Shown one piece after another: positions 50,363-60,241 of a DNA stretch of 64,000 nt. The notes under the pieces are model-generated. The model saw only the letters and a list, made by a program, of their open reading frames with translations, ran no database searches and was not told where the DNA came from. This DNA is from Alphaproteobacteria bacterium (GTDB lineage Bacteria; Pseudomonadota; Alphaproteobacteria; CALKHQ01), in the NCBI GenBank assembly GCA_965227515.1, contig CBDDFZ010000001.1, positions 2,368,001-2,432,000 of the forward strand, in the 5' to 3' direction. Each line of letters opens with the position of its first letter. Position 1 is the stretch's first letter. The translations under genes were made by a program, and so were the position numbers.

Positions 50363-52732
50363 ATGAGCGCTAACCGCCACGTATATGCGGTGCTGCTGGA
50401 AGACGTGCCTCAGTCTGCCCCCAGGGCTGGCGGCGTGGGCTGGTCGCCCACTTTGCTGTATCGCGGACTATTCGCCCTTATCGTTGCAATGGCCATGCTG
50501 ATGCCGGTGGTGGTGTCCACCGCGCGGGCCAGCGAGGTCATCCGAGTCGGCCTGCCGGCCGAGGTCGAGACCGGCCTGTGGCTGACCACGCCGGAGCCCG
50601 GCATGCTGGCCATGGCGCCGAACGTCGACACCGATGTCGAGATCGACGTCAACGGCATGATCGTGCGCGCCACGGTCACCCAGACCTATACCAACCCCGG
50701 CGACTATTGGGCCGAGGGCATCTACGTCTTCCCGCTGCCGGAAACGGCGGCGGTCGACCGCTTGCAGATGTACATCGGCGAGCGTGTGGTCGAGGGCGAG
50801 ATCCAGAGCGCGGAAGACGCGCGCGCGGCCTATGAGACCGCGCTGGCCGAGGGCCGCAACGCCAGCCTGCTGGAGCAGCAGCGCCCGAACATCTTCACCA
50901 CCAACGTGGCCAACATCGGCCCCGGCGAGACCATCCGCATCCAGTTCGTCTATCAGGACACGGTGCATTTCGACGCCGGCGAGTTCCGCCTGCGCTTCCC
51001 GATGGTCGTCGGCCCCCGCTACATCCCGGACCAGGGCGTCATCCACATGGTGTCCGGCGGCGAGCCGCCGCTGGTGGGCTCCACGCCGGACGACTGGTGG
51101 GCGATTACCCCGCCGGTGCGCAACCCCGAGGACGGCCCGATCAACCCGATCTCGCTGACGGTGAACCTGGATGCCGGCTTCAATCTTGCCGCCATCGAGT
51201 CGCCGTTCCATGACGTCGACATCGTCGAAAGCGCCGGCCTGGTGTCGGTCGCGCTCGGCCACGACGAGGACACGGTCTATGCCGACCGCGACTTCGAGCT
51301 GGTGTGGTCGCCGGCCGTCGGCGAGGTGCCCCACGCCGCGATGTTCCGCGAGACCATTGGCGGCGACCACTTCGTGCACGTGATGGTGATGCCGCCCGAC
51401 GATATGGGCGCCGACATCATCGACCTGCCGCGCGAGGTGATCTACATCGTCGACACCTCCGGTTCGATGGACGGTGCCTCGATCGAGCAGGCCCGCCGTG
51501 CGGTCGCCCTGGCGCTGGAGCAGTTGGAAGGCAATGACCGCTTCAACGTGATCGAGTTCAACGACACCGCGCGCGCCCTGTTCCGCACCGCGGTGGACGC
51601 GACCGACCGCACCATCGGCGAGGCGGTGGGCTTCGTGCGCGGCCTGCGCGCGGACGGCGGCACCGAGATGCTGAGCGCCCTGCAACTGGCGCTGAGCGAC
51701 CGCGGCGCCGACGGCTATGTCCGCCAGATCGTGTTCATCACCGACGGTTCGGTGGGCAACGAGCTCGAGATCTTCCGCTACATCGAGCAGAACCTCGGCC
51801 AGTCCCGGCTCTATACGGTCGGCATCGGCTCCGCCCCGAACAGCTTCTTCATGAGCGAGGCGGCGGAGGTCGGCCGCGGCACCTTCACCTATATCGGCAG
51901 CCCCGACCAGGTGGAGAGCCGCATGGGCGAGCTGTTCGCCAAGCTGGAGAACCCGGTGATGCGGGACCTTCAGGTCACCTACGCCGACGGCACGCCGCTC
52001 GACGTCGAGGACGCCGAGCTGTGGCCGCGCAACATCCCCGATCTCTATCTTGGCGAGCCGGTGCGCTTCACGCTGCAGGTGGACGACCCGGAGGCCGTGC
52101 TGACGGTGATGGGCGAGCGGGCCGGCGAGACCTGGTCGCAGACCATCCACATGGGCGACGCCGAGAAGGCCGAGGGCATCGCGGCGGTCTGGGCCTATGC
52201 CAAGATCGACAGCCTGATGGACGAGCTGGTGTTCGGCGCCGACGAGGAGGATATCCGCGCCCAGGTGATCGACATCGCCCTCGCCTACGAGGTGGTGACC
52301 CAGTACACGAGCCTGGTGGCCGAGGACGACGAGTTCGTGCGGCCGACCGGCGAGGACGTGCTGAGCTACGGCCTGGAGACCAACCTGCCGGAAGGCTGGG
52401 TCTACGACAGCGTGTTCGGCGAGGAAGGCGAGGACGATGTGACCCTCGGCAACCCGTCCCGCGCGCTCGGCGGTGCCGCGAACGCGATGCCGGCGCAGCA
52501 GGCGCAGTCCAACGCGCCCGCTCCTGCGGAGCCGGTGATGGCCTACGACGCCATGTCCGAGGCCGAGATGGTCGACGAAGAGGCCGTGATGGAAGATCCG
52601 GCCCCGCTGGTCGATGCCCCGACCGGGCTGGGTGACCAGGCCGCGTTCGGCCCGGCCATCCTGGCGCTGGTCTTCGGCGGCGGGCTGCTGCTGGTGGTCG
52701 TCGTGATCGCCAGCCGGCGCCGGACGCGTTGA
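50363..52732 (+). CDS. VIT + vWA domain protein, marine-proteobacterial sortase target type
   Basis: EGIYVFPLP, EQQRPNIF, RFPMVVGPRY, DTSGSM, ADGGTEM, ITDG; C-terminal TM plus RRRTR. Confidence 0.9.
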   Translation: MSANRHVYAVLLEDVPQSAPRAGGVGWSPTLLYRGLFALIVAMAMLMPVVVSTARASEVIRVGLPAEVETGLWLTTPEPGMLAMAPNVDTDVEIDVNGMIVRATVTQTYTNPGDYWAEGIYVFPLPETAAVDRLQMYIGERVVEGEIQSAEDARAAYETALAEGRNASLLEQQRPNIFTTNVANIGPGETIRIQFVYQDTVHFDAGEFRLRFPMVVGPRYIPDQGVIHMVSGGEPPLVGSTPDDWWAITPPVRNPEDGPINPISLTVNLDAGFNLAAIESPFHDVDIVESAGLVSVALGHDEDTVYADRDFELVWSPAVGEVPHAAMFRETIGGDHFVHVMVMPPDDMGADIIDLPREVIYIVDTSGSMDGASIEQARRAVALALEQLEGNDRFNVIEFNDTARALFRTAVDATDRTIGEAVGFVRGLRADGGTEMLSALQLALSDRGADGYVRQIVFITDGSVGNELEIFRYIEQNLGQSRLYTVGIGSAPNSFFMSEAAEVGRGTFTYIGSPDQVESRMGELFAKLENPVMRDLQVTYADGTPLDVEDAELWPRNIPDLYLGEPVRFTLQVDDPEAVLTVMGERAGETWSQTIHMGDAEKAEGIAAVWAYAKIDSLMDELVFGADEEDIRAQVIDIALAYEVVTQYTSLVAEDDEFVRPTGEDVLSYGLETNLPEGWVYDSVFGEEGEDDVTLGNPSRALGGAANAMPAQQAQSNAPAPAEPVMAYDAMSEAEMVDEEAVMEDPAPLVDAPTGLGDQAAFGPAILALVFGGGLLLVVVVIASRRRTR

Positions 52733-53307
52733 CCACCCGTCCAAAACGGATCAGGCCGCTGCACGTAGCGGCGGCCTGTGCTGCGGCCTGTCTGATCGGT
52801 GCTGGGGGGCTCCAGATCGGGCAGGCCGTGGCAGTTCACGACCGGGCGGCGGAGGGCCAGCAGATGGCCGCCGCCGTTTGGGATGACGGCGCGCCATTGG
52901 TCGAAAGCGCGCCGGTGGCGCGCCTGTCCGGCGACGGAAGCGATCTCTACATTCTGCCAGACGCCAGCCTGGAGACGTTGCAAGACGGGCCCGGGCTGTT
53001 CGCCGGCGTGGCGCCCGGCGAGATCGGGCTCAGCGTGATCGCGGGCCACCGCGAGACCCATTTCGCGTTCCTGGAGCACGTCGCGGTTGGCGACGTGATG
53101 CAGCTTTCTACGCCGGACGGCCAGGCCCAGGATTATGTGGTGGCCGACCGCCGGGTGGTCGACGGCCGCACCATGATGGTCGGCGGCAGCGGAGCCCGCA
53201 CGGGAGACACGCCGCGCCTGATGCTGGTCACGTGCTGGCCGTTCGACAGCACCGAGATCGGGCCGGAGCGGCTGATCGTGACCTTGGCACCGGCATCCGC
53301 CATCTGA
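52729..53307 (+). CDS. Gram-negative (class GN) sortase
   Basis: IAGHRETHF, LVTCWPF, ERLIV catalytic H/C/R; TTG start overlaps the substrate stop. Confidence 0.88.
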   Translation: MTTRPKRIRPLHVAAACAAACLIGAGGLQIGQAVAVHDRAAEGQQMAAAVWDDGAPLVESAPVARLSGDGSDLYILPDASLETLQDGPGLFAGVAPGEIGLSVIAGHRETHFAFLEHVAVGDVMQLSTPDGQAQDYVVADRRVVDGRTMMVGGSGARTGDTPRLMLVTCWPFDSTEIGPERLIVTLAPASAI

Positions 53308-53347
53308 TATCTGCCCGGGTGTCACGACACTTCCAAGGACGCTCGAC

Positions 53348-53923
53348 TTGTCGGTCACCCAGGACGCCACCTTGTTCAAGCTTCGCGACCATTTTCTCGG
53401 CTGGCAGTGCCGCATCCGCCAGCATGCCGTCCGCAACGAGGGTGGCCGCCCGCCGGATGGCGCCCGCCCGGCGGTGCATGCGCCCGATGGCAGCTTGCTC
53501 GCCGACGCCGTGACCCTGTTGATCGTGCGCCGGGACAGCGAGGACGATACCGCTGCGTTCCGCCACATCGTTAGTCGCACTCACGACCCGGCCGAGCGCT
53601 TCAAGAAGGCGATGGAGAAGCTGGCCGAGGCGTACTACCAGCAGGCCCGCGCCTTCTCAGACACCATGGGCGGCCTGTTCCGCGCCGATGCGCCGCTGGT
53701 CGCCGAACTGCGCGCCGCTGGCCGCTGTCGGCTGGTGTTCGGCCAGTTCAGCCAGCGATACGACCTGGCATGCGATGTGAGCGTGGCCGGAAAGGACGAC
53801 CCGTTGTGGCAGGCGGTCTACTGGCACAGCGCGATGTTCAATCCCGCGATCCCCGGCGACATCGCCGTGCTCGGCTTCACGCCACGCTGGGTCGACAGCC
53901 AGGCGGACCCGCCGCCGCGCTAG
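53348..53923 (+). CDS. Hypothetical protein
   Basis: LRDHFLGWQCRIRQ..R..GGRP...YWHSAMFNP; AAGGA SD, TTG start. Confidence 0.7.
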   Translation: MSVTQDATLFKLRDHFLGWQCRIRQHAVRNEGGRPPDGARPAVHAPDGSLLADAVTLLIVRRDSEDDTAAFRHIVSRTHDPAERFKKAMEKLAEAYYQQARAFSDTMGGLFRADAPLVAELRAAGRCRLVFGQFSQRYDLACDVSVAGKDDPLWQAVYWHSAMFNPAIPGDIAVLGFTPRWVDSQADPPPR

Positions 53924-53981
53924 TCGGGCCCCCGGCGCAGGTCGCTGTTTGCCCGGATCATTGCCTCTCGTGATGCCACGG

Positions 53982-54011
53982 CCTATACGATCCATATATG
54001 GATCGTATAGG
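53982..54011. promoter_or_regulatory. 30-bp perfect palindrome, putative operator
   Basis: CCTATACGATCCATA|TATGGATCGTATAGG abutting the SD of the ParD-like gene. Confidence 0.7.
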
Positions 54012-54020
54012 GAGGGCCGC

Positions 54021-54233
54021 ATGGGCATCGTGAACATAGACGACGACTTGCACGTCCAGGTGCGCCGGGCGAGCAAGGTGACGTGCCGCTCGATCAACGC
54101 GCAGGCCGCCTACTGGATCAAGATCGGCATGCTGTGCGAGACCAATCCGACGCTCAGCTTCAATGAGATCATGGAGCGCGAGTTCGGCGCCGCCGGCGTA
54201 TCGCCGCCGCCGCTCGCCGTGGGCAACGCATGA
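54021..54233 (+). CDS. ParD-like RHH protein
   Basis: MGIVNIDDDLH..VR.AS....RSINAQAAYWIKIGML.E.NP. Confidence 0.85.
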   Translation: MGIVNIDDDLHVQVRRASKVTCRSINAQAAYWIKIGMLCETNPTLSFNEIMEREFGAAGVSPPPLAVGNA

Positions 54234-55000
54234 CCAAGCAACCGCACGAACTGGCCCTGCTGGCCGAGTCTGGCCGGTTGCTGGCGTCGGTGTTCGGGCT
54301 GCTCGATCGAACGCCGCTTGCTGGGCTGTCGACGCTTCAGGTCAACGACATGGTCGAACGCTTCATCGTCGACGACCTGCAAGCCCGGCCGGCGAGCAAG
54401 GGCCAGTACGGCTACGGCTATGTCCTGAATGCCTCGATCAACGACGAGGTCTGCCACGGTGTGCCGTCGCAATCGAAGGTGCTGCGGGACGGTGACATCG
54501 TGAACTTCGACATCACGCTGGAGAAGAACGGCTACATTGCGGACTCCAGCAAGACGTACCTGGTCGGCGAGGTGAACCCCGCCGCTAGAAGGCTGGTCAA
54601 GGCGACCTATGATGCGATGTGGAGGGGCATTCGGGCGGTGCGCCCAGGCGCGCGTCTGGGGGACATCGGCTGGGCCATCGAACGCCACGCCAAGCGAAAC
54701 GGCTATTCGGTCGTGCGTGAGTATTGCGGCCATGGCATCGGTCGCGAGATGCACGAGGCGCCGCAGGTCTTGCACTTTGGCAAGCCGGGCACCGGCCTGG
54801 CGCTGCGTGAAGGCATGGTCTTCACGATCGAGCCGATGCTGAACCGCGGCCGTCGAAACGTGAAGACCGAGGCCGACGGCTGGACAGTCGTGACCCGCGA
54901 CGGCTCGCTATCCGCGCAGTTCGAGCATACGGTCGCCGTCACCGCGTCCGGCGTGTCGGTGCTGACCCTGCGCCCCGACGAAGCGGTCCCCGGCAACTAG
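54230..55000 (+). CDS. map: Type I methionine aminopeptidase
   Basis: VCHGVP, NFDIT, IADSS, CGHGIG, MHEAP, TIEPM, SAQFEHT. Confidence 0.95.
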   Translation: MTKQPHELALLAESGRLLASVFGLLDRTPLAGLSTLQVNDMVERFIVDDLQARPASKGQYGYGYVLNASINDEVCHGVPSQSKVLRDGDIVNFDITLEKNGYIADSSKTYLVGEVNPAARRLVKATYDAMWRGIRAVRPGARLGDIGWAIERHAKRNGYSVVREYCGHGIGREMHEAPQVLHFGKPGTGLALREGMVFTIEPMLNRGRRNVKTEADGWTVVTRDGSLSAQFEHTVAVTASGVSVLTLRPDEAVPGN

Positions 55001-55007
55001 ACTCCGT

Positions 55008-55097
55008 GTAGCCCGGGTGGAGCGGAGTGTAACCCGGGGCGAACGCAATGGCTGACTCGGTGAAGCCCTGGGTTTCGCTGCGCTTCACCCAGGCTAC
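55008..55097. repeat. GTAG-type REP doublet, copy 3
   Basis: GTAGCCCGGGTGGAGCGGAGTGTAACCCGGG ... CCTGGGTTTCGCTGCGCTTCACCCAGGCTAC. Confidence 0.85.
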
Positions 55098-55131
55098 GGC
55101 TCGGCGCGTTATCTTGCGTCCACGTGGCGTG

Positions 55132-55259
55132 CTCGATCGGGATCAGCTTACGCTGAATCTGCGCCAGCCCTCTCCCCCACCCGGCCACCCAGCAGGATAC
55201 TCTCGTGGGCGGCCGGGTGGGGGAGAGGGCCGGTGCCGACTGAAATGATCGTGCGCTAG
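55132..55259. mobile_element. CTAG-bounded MITE-like element, copy 3
   Basis: Same body as copy 1; left end CTCG; the right CTAG is the exoD stop. Confidence 0.85.
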
Positions 55260-55864
55260 AAGAAACTGAGCAGCCAGTCGATGGCCTGCTCGCCGATCCA
55301 GTACAGGAACCAGATGCCGAAGATGCCGATGGCCGTGCCGCCCAGCACGAACCGGCCGTCGCGCTCCAGCAGCCCGATGCCGATGGCGCACAGACCGTAG
55401 GCCGGCAGCAGGTTCGAGAACGGCAGCGGCGCCGCCAGCACAATGGCGAAGACGATCGAGAGAACGCCGAACACGATCTCGCCGGACCGGCCCAGCACGC
55501 CCTCCACGCTCGGCTTGCACAGCCGCTCCACCTTGCGCAGGTAGGGCAGGCAGACATTGACCACCTTGTTGAACTTGGCCCGGCTGATCTCCTTCTGCCG
55601 CACCTTGCGCGGCAGGGTCGGGTGGTGCTTTCCGACCATCCACTGATAGGCCAGGATCATCATCGGCACGCCGAACAGCGTGGAGACGCCCGGGATCATC
55701 GGGATCGGCGGCAGGTTCGGTATCGCCAGCAGGATGAACAGCAAACCGAAGCCACGATGCCTCAGCGCGTCCATGATCTCTTCGATGGTGATGGTTTCGG
55801 GCTCTTCCGCCTCAACCAGATTGGCAAGCACCGTCGATGCGTTGTCGGAGTGTTTAGCGGACAC
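55256..55864 (-). CDS. exoD: ExoD exopolysaccharide synthesis protein
   Basis: RGFGLL..LLAIPN..P..PG.ST..G, PLPFSN.LP, ERDG. Confidence 0.88.
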   Translation of the reverse strand: MSAKHSDNASTVLANLVEAEEPETITIEEIMDALRHRGFGLLFILLAIPNLPPIPMIPGVSTLFGVPMMILAYQWMVGKHHPTLPRKVRQKEISRAKFNKVVNVCLPYLRKVERLCKPSVEGVLGRSGEIVFGVLSIVFAIVLAAPLPFSNLLPAYGLCAIGIGLLERDGRFVLGGTAIGIFGIWFLYWIGEQAIDWLLSFF

Positions 55865-56157
55865 GGCTTCCTGGCGTCGATGTATGAGCTGCGCCCTTGC
55901 CGGCCGCTGAGCCCATTGTAGGCAGCAGTCTTGCTGCTCGGCAACCTGGCTTCGCTGCTTAACCAAGGCGCTTGACGTTGATCGCCGGACAGCGATAACG
56001 CGGTCGCAGGCTTCTACCTTACAGACCTGTAATTGTTAAGCATTTGATTCCCCCGTTTTCAGCGTCTATGCACGATTCCGGGACAGGTCAGGCAGACGCG
56101 TCGGTCCAACGCACGCGGCGGCGTTAAGGGCCGGGCAATTGGGGAATCGGAGGTTCG

Positions 56158-56862
56158 ATGCATAAATCGTTGGTGACGCTGCTGCTGGCAGCGGTCATGG
56201 TGGCTGCGTGCATGCCGCAACAGCGCTCGTTCGCGAAACGCGACACCACAGGCGGGGTCGGCGACCAGATTGCGTCGCTGATCGAAATGGGCTCGACGCC
56301 ACCGCAATCGTCGCAACCGGCCCAGCCATCCCAGTACGAAGATGCCTGCCTGGCCGAGCTGGAGCGTCTTGGCGCCGTGTTCGCGCCGACCGAGCCGGTC
56401 CACACGTCGCGTGGCTGCGGCATGGACAATCCCGTGGTGATCACCGCGGGTGTTGCGGAGATCGGCCCCTCGGTCGAGGTCAACTGCCCGATGGCGCTGC
56501 TGTGGCGGAACTTCGACGAGAACGTCCTGCAGTCCCTGGCCGACGAGATGTTCGGGGAGCCTATTGTCTACGTGCGCCAGTTCGCCGGCTATACCTGCCG
56601 CAACAGCACCGGCAATTCAGCCAAGCTGTCGCGCCATGCCTACGGCAATGCGATGGATATCGCGTCGTTCGAGTTGGCCGACGGTACCGAGATTTCGGTC
56701 GAGGACGATTTCTATGACAGTGGCGAGAAGGGCCAGTTCCTGCGCGCCTTTGCCGAGAGCGCCTGCGCCTACTTCAATGTGGTGCTGACGCCGAACTCCG
56801 ACTCCGCGCACTACAACCACTTCCACGTCGACATCGGCGAAACGTCGATCTGCAGCTTGTAG
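56158..56862 (+). CDS. Extensin-like C-terminal domain lipoprotein
   Basis: Lipobox VAAC; GYTCR, SRHAYGNAMD, VLTP, HYNHFHVD. Confidence 0.85.
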   Translation: MHKSLVTLLLAAVMVAACMPQQRSFAKRDTTGGVGDQIASLIEMGSTPPQSSQPAQPSQYEDACLAELERLGAVFAPTEPVHTSRGCGMDNPVVITAGVAEIGPSVEVNCPMALLWRNFDENVLQSLADEMFGEPIVYVRQFAGYTCRNSTGNSAKLSRHAYGNAMDIASFELADGTEISVEDDFYDSGEKGQFLRAFAESACAYFNVVLTPNSDSAHYNHFHVDIGETSICSL

Positions 56863-56895
56863 CGGTCGCTCTGCTCGATCCCTCTATCAAATAAT

Positions 56896-56927
56896 GTCGT
56901 CGCCCTCGGCCTTGTGCCGAGGCCCAT
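56896..56927. repeat. GTC-type single REP hairpin
   Basis: GTCGTCGCCCTCGGCCTTGTGCCGAGGCCCAT, similar to 37090. Confidence 0.6.
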
Positions 56928-56949
56928 TCGTATGCGGTGCGCATCGCGT

Positions 56950-57078
56950 CTAGAGCATGATCATTTAAGTCGGCACCGGCCCTCTCCCCCACCCGGCCGC
57001 CCAACGACAGTATCCTGCTGGGTGGCCGGGTGGGGGAGAGGGCCGGCGCAGATTCAGCGTAAGCTGATCCCGATCTAA
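56950..57078. mobile_element. CTAG-bounded MITE-like element, copy 4 (reverse orientation)
   Basis: CTAGAGCATGATCA...GCTGATCCCGATCTAA, the reverse complement of copy 1. Confidence 0.85.
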
Positions 57079-57248
57079 TGTTCGCTCGTAGCCGTTGCAA
57101 CCATGCACGCCGGCAAGCGGCCATGCCGTTCAGCGACCCAACACAAACCATGGCGTCATGGACATGAATGGGTCCTCGCCACACGGGCGAGGACGACAAA
57201 TGAGTTCAGATTGGCGGTGCGGGGCCAGCACGCCAATCGCAACGCGAT

Positions 57249-58448
57249 CTAACCCTTCAACAAGCCGTCTAGTGGCATAACCCCACTGCTTCCCGGAAAC
57301 ACGGTTTCGGCAAGCTGGGCCTCGCTGAGGCCGAGCTGGCCGGCGAGCAGGCCCTTCAGGATTGCGCGCAAGTCTGTGGTCGGCCGCAGGTCCCGGCCCT
57401 CGTGCAGGTCCGACTGCGCCAGGCCGGGCCAATCCGCCAGCACCCGGCCGCCGGCGACGGCACCACCGCCGAGCAGCGCCACCGCGCCGGTGCCGTGATC
57501 GGTGCCGCCGGTGCCGTTCGGTGCTGCCGTACGGCCGAACTCGGTCATAGCGGCGATGGCAGTGCGGTCCCAGACGCTTCCCAGCGACCCGCGAAGCCCG
57601 ACCAGGGCGGCGGTCAGGTCGTCCAGTGCGCGGCCGAAGCGGCCGGTCTCGCGGCCCTGGTTGGCGTGGGTGTCCCAGCCCGAAAGCTCCAGCACGGCCA
57701 CGCGCGGCCCGTCCGGGTTGGACAGCAGGCTGCCGGCAGCCGCCACCATCTCCTCATAGGCGATGCGATTGCGGCCGCCGCCGCCGCCGCCATCCATCGA
57801 GCCGCCGGCCTCGTCGACCAGCATGTTGGCGGCTAGGCCGTCCGCCAGTGCGCGCGACAGCACCGGATCGCGGGCATAAAGGTCGGTCAGCGTGTCGATC
57901 AGGTGCGCATTGGCCGCGGGCAACCGGGACGGCGCCCAGGTGGCGACCGAAGTGCCGCCGCGCAGGATCAGGGGCACGGTCTGGCCGACCGCCAGTCCCA
58001 CTCGTGCGCCGCCGCCTGCTAGCAGCGCGAGCGCCCGGTTCAACCAGCCGTCATTGGCGCTGTTGGCCGCCGTCGCGCCGTTCTCCAGCACATCCTGGGC
58101 ATCGAAGTGCGAACGGTCGCGATAGGGCGTGGCGACCGCATGCACCGGCAACAGGTCGCCGGCCCGATACCAGGCGTCCAGTGGCGCCAGCGATGGATGC
58201 AGTGCGAAGAAGCCGTCCAGCGCGACGGTCTCGTCCAGGGCGAGATTGTCCCTGAGCGCGCGGTAGCGCGAATCGCCGATCGGCGGCACGGCGGCCAGGC
58301 CGTCCATTGCGCCGCGCAGCAGGATGACAACGAGCCGGTTGTCGGTCGGCGCGTTGGCGAGCGTCGCGCGGGGTGCGGCTGCGGCCAGGCCGGCCGCACC
58401 GGCGGTGGCGGCCAGGAATGTCCGCCGGGACAGGGTCGGGGTGCGCAT
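57249..58448 (-). CDS. DUF1501 protein with Tat signal
   Basis: SRRTFL, LRGAMDGL, RSHF, GWDTH, TEFGRT, GTDHG. Confidence 0.9.
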   Translation of the reverse strand: MRTPTLSRRTFLAATAGAAGLAAAAPRATLANAPTDNRLVVILLRGAMDGLAAVPPIGDSRYRALRDNLALDETVALDGFFALHPSLAPLDAWYRAGDLLPVHAVATPYRDRSHFDAQDVLENGATAANSANDGWLNRALALLAGGGARVGLAVGQTVPLILRGGTSVATWAPSRLPAANAHLIDTLTDLYARDPVLSRALADGLAANMLVDEAGGSMDGGGGGGRNRIAYEEMVAAAGSLLSNPDGPRVAVLELSGWDTHANQGRETGRFGRALDDLTAALVGLRGSLGSVWDRTAIAAMTEFGRTAAPNGTGGTDHGTGAVALLGGGAVAGGRVLADWPGLAQSDLHEGRDLRPTTDLRAILKGLLAGQLGLSEAQLAETVFPGSSGVMPLDGLLKG

Positions 58449-58451
58449 CGG

Positions 58452-59771
58452 CTACCTCCTCTGGAATGCGGGGCTGGCGAACAGCACGGCCAAGCCCTCG
58501 GCGGCGCTGGGTGCCCGTTCCACGTGAAACTGAGTGAGCGTCGATGCGACCGGCCACACCGTGCTGCGCCCGATCGCCACCGGATCGGCAAGGCCGCCGA
58601 CGCGGTCGCCCAGGGTCGCCGCCCAGTCGATCCGCTGCACGATCGCCTCCGGTCCGGCCCAGGCTTCCGCAATGTCCGGCCAGCCCTCCGGCGACGGCGC
58701 CATCAGCGGCATCTGGCCCATCAGGTAGAGCGAGCCGATCACCGGATCGCCCACCTCCGGCGCGCCGAGCGCGCGCAGCGCCGAGATCACCAGATCGTTC
58801 GGGGTCTTGATCTTGGGCAGCGGGTCTTCATCGTCGATGTAGTCGATCAGAGCGTCCGCCATGGCCGCCAGGTCGCCGTCGGTCGACGTGAACACCTTGG
58901 TCAGGTGCTCCACGGCGGACGCCGGTGGATTGTCGGCGATGAAATGGCGGGCGAGCTTGGTCGACACGAACCGCGCGGTCGAGGGATGGCGCGCGAGCAT
59001 GGTCAGCGCCGCTTCCACCTCATCCTGGCCGTTCTCGGTGAAGGTCTGGCCGAGCAGGACCTTGTTGCCCGGCTCGTGAATGAACGGGCGGTACATGAAC
59101 GCACCGGCGTTTTCGTCGCGCAGGCGGCCGACCGACCAGCCGGTCAGGATCTTGGCCAGCTCGCGCACGTCGTCCTGGGTATAGCCGCCGTCGACGCCCA
59201 GGGTGTGCAACTCGAGCAGTTCGCGGGCCAGGTTCTCGTTCAGCCCGCGTTCGTCGCTGCCCGCGCGCGAGTTCGGGCCGATGGACTGGGCGTTGTCCAG
59301 GTAGATCAGCATCGCCGGGTGGCCGACCACCGCGCGCAGCATGTCGCGGAAGCGCCCGGTCACGTGCGGGCGGATCGCCTCGTTCTCGAACGGGATCGCG
59401 CCGATGGTCAGCAGCGGCTTGGTCGCCGACACGGTGAAGTGGTTGGACCAGAAATGGACCAGGCGTTCCAAGAACGGCGTATCGGTCGCCACCGCCGCCT
59501 CTGTCCGCGCCAGCGCATCGGCGCGGTAGGTCTCGCGCCCCAGGATGCGCAGTTGCTCGGCAAGATCGTTGTTCTGCGCGACCAGGCGCCTGATCTCGGC
59601 CACGCGGTCCGGCAGCGGCTTCAGGGCGGCCAGCCGCTGGGGAACGGCCGGTGTCTGGGCCAGTTGCGCGCGCAGCCAACCGCGCGGGTCTCTGCCGATT
59701 TGGGCCAGCTCGCCCGGCATGGCGCCATAGCCAAACCGATTGGCGGCGATGGCGGCTTGTACCGTGGTCAT
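58452..59771 (-). CDS. DUF1800 protein
   Basis: NRFGYG, FWSNHF, YLDN, NENLARELLELHTLG, YTQDDV, SPAFQRR. Confidence 0.9.
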   Translation of the reverse strand: MTTVQAAIAANRFGYGAMPGELAQIGRDPRGWLRAQLAQTPAVPQRLAALKPLPDRVAEIRRLVAQNNDLAEQLRILGRETYRADALARTEAAVATDTPFLERLVHFWSNHFTVSATKPLLTIGAIPFENEAIRPHVTGRFRDMLRAVVGHPAMLIYLDNAQSIGPNSRAGSDERGLNENLARELLELHTLGVDGGYTQDDVRELAKILTGWSVGRLRDENAGAFMYRPFIHEPGNKVLLGQTFTENGQDEVEAALTMLARHPSTARFVSTKLARHFIADNPPASAVEHLTKVFTSTDGDLAAMADALIDYIDDEDPLPKIKTPNDLVISALRALGAPEVGDPVIGSLYLMGQMPLMAPSPEGWPDIAEAWAGPEAIVQRIDWAATLGDRVGGLADPVAIGRSTVWPVASTLTQFHVERAPSAAEGLAVLFASPAFQRR

Positions 59772-60241
59772 CGGGTCTGCCTCCAAGATTCGAGGACGGC
59801 CGCGCGCTGGTCTGCGTCCAGCGTTGCCAGGGCCGTGGCGAAAATGTCGTGCAGCGTTTCCTGGATGTCCGTGGTGCGGTCGCGCACCTGCTGCAACTGG
59901 CCATCCAGGGCCGCACGGTCGAAGGGCTCGGCGAGCAGGACGGTGGCGATGCCGAGGCGGGCCTGCCGCAAGGCCACGAACAGGCCACGCACCTCGGACG
60001 TCCTGCTGTCGAATTCGGCGCGGACGATGGGGCGGATGTCGTCGGGCAGGCGGCGCAACAACTGCTCCATGCCGGACATATTGACCGCCTGCGCGCCCAG
60101 GCTCTGGCCGCCGGATTGGCCGCCACCGTCATTGCCGGTGATGGCGCGGCCGGCGGCGAACCCCACCACCAGCATGTTGGCGCTGAGCGACAATGCCAGC
60201 AGCACGAGGAGGCCGATGGCCCATCCACCGCGAATCGTCAT
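59768..60241 (-). CDS. Periplasmic heavy-metal sensor / Spy-CpxP-like protein
   Basis: LSLSANMLVVG, helical body, AEPFD, LDADQR. Confidence 0.8.
   Translation of the reverse strand: MTIRGGWAIGLLVLLALSLSANMLVVGFAAGRAITGNDGGGQSGGQSLGAQAVNMSGMEQLLRRLPDDIRPIVRAEFDSRTSEVRGLFVALRQARLGIATVLLAEPFDRAALDGQLQQVRDRTTDIQETLHDIFATALATLDADQRAAVLESWRQTR

Noticed and set aside
50468-52744. 758-aa minus-strand ORF
   Set aside because: Shadow of the VIT-vWA gene
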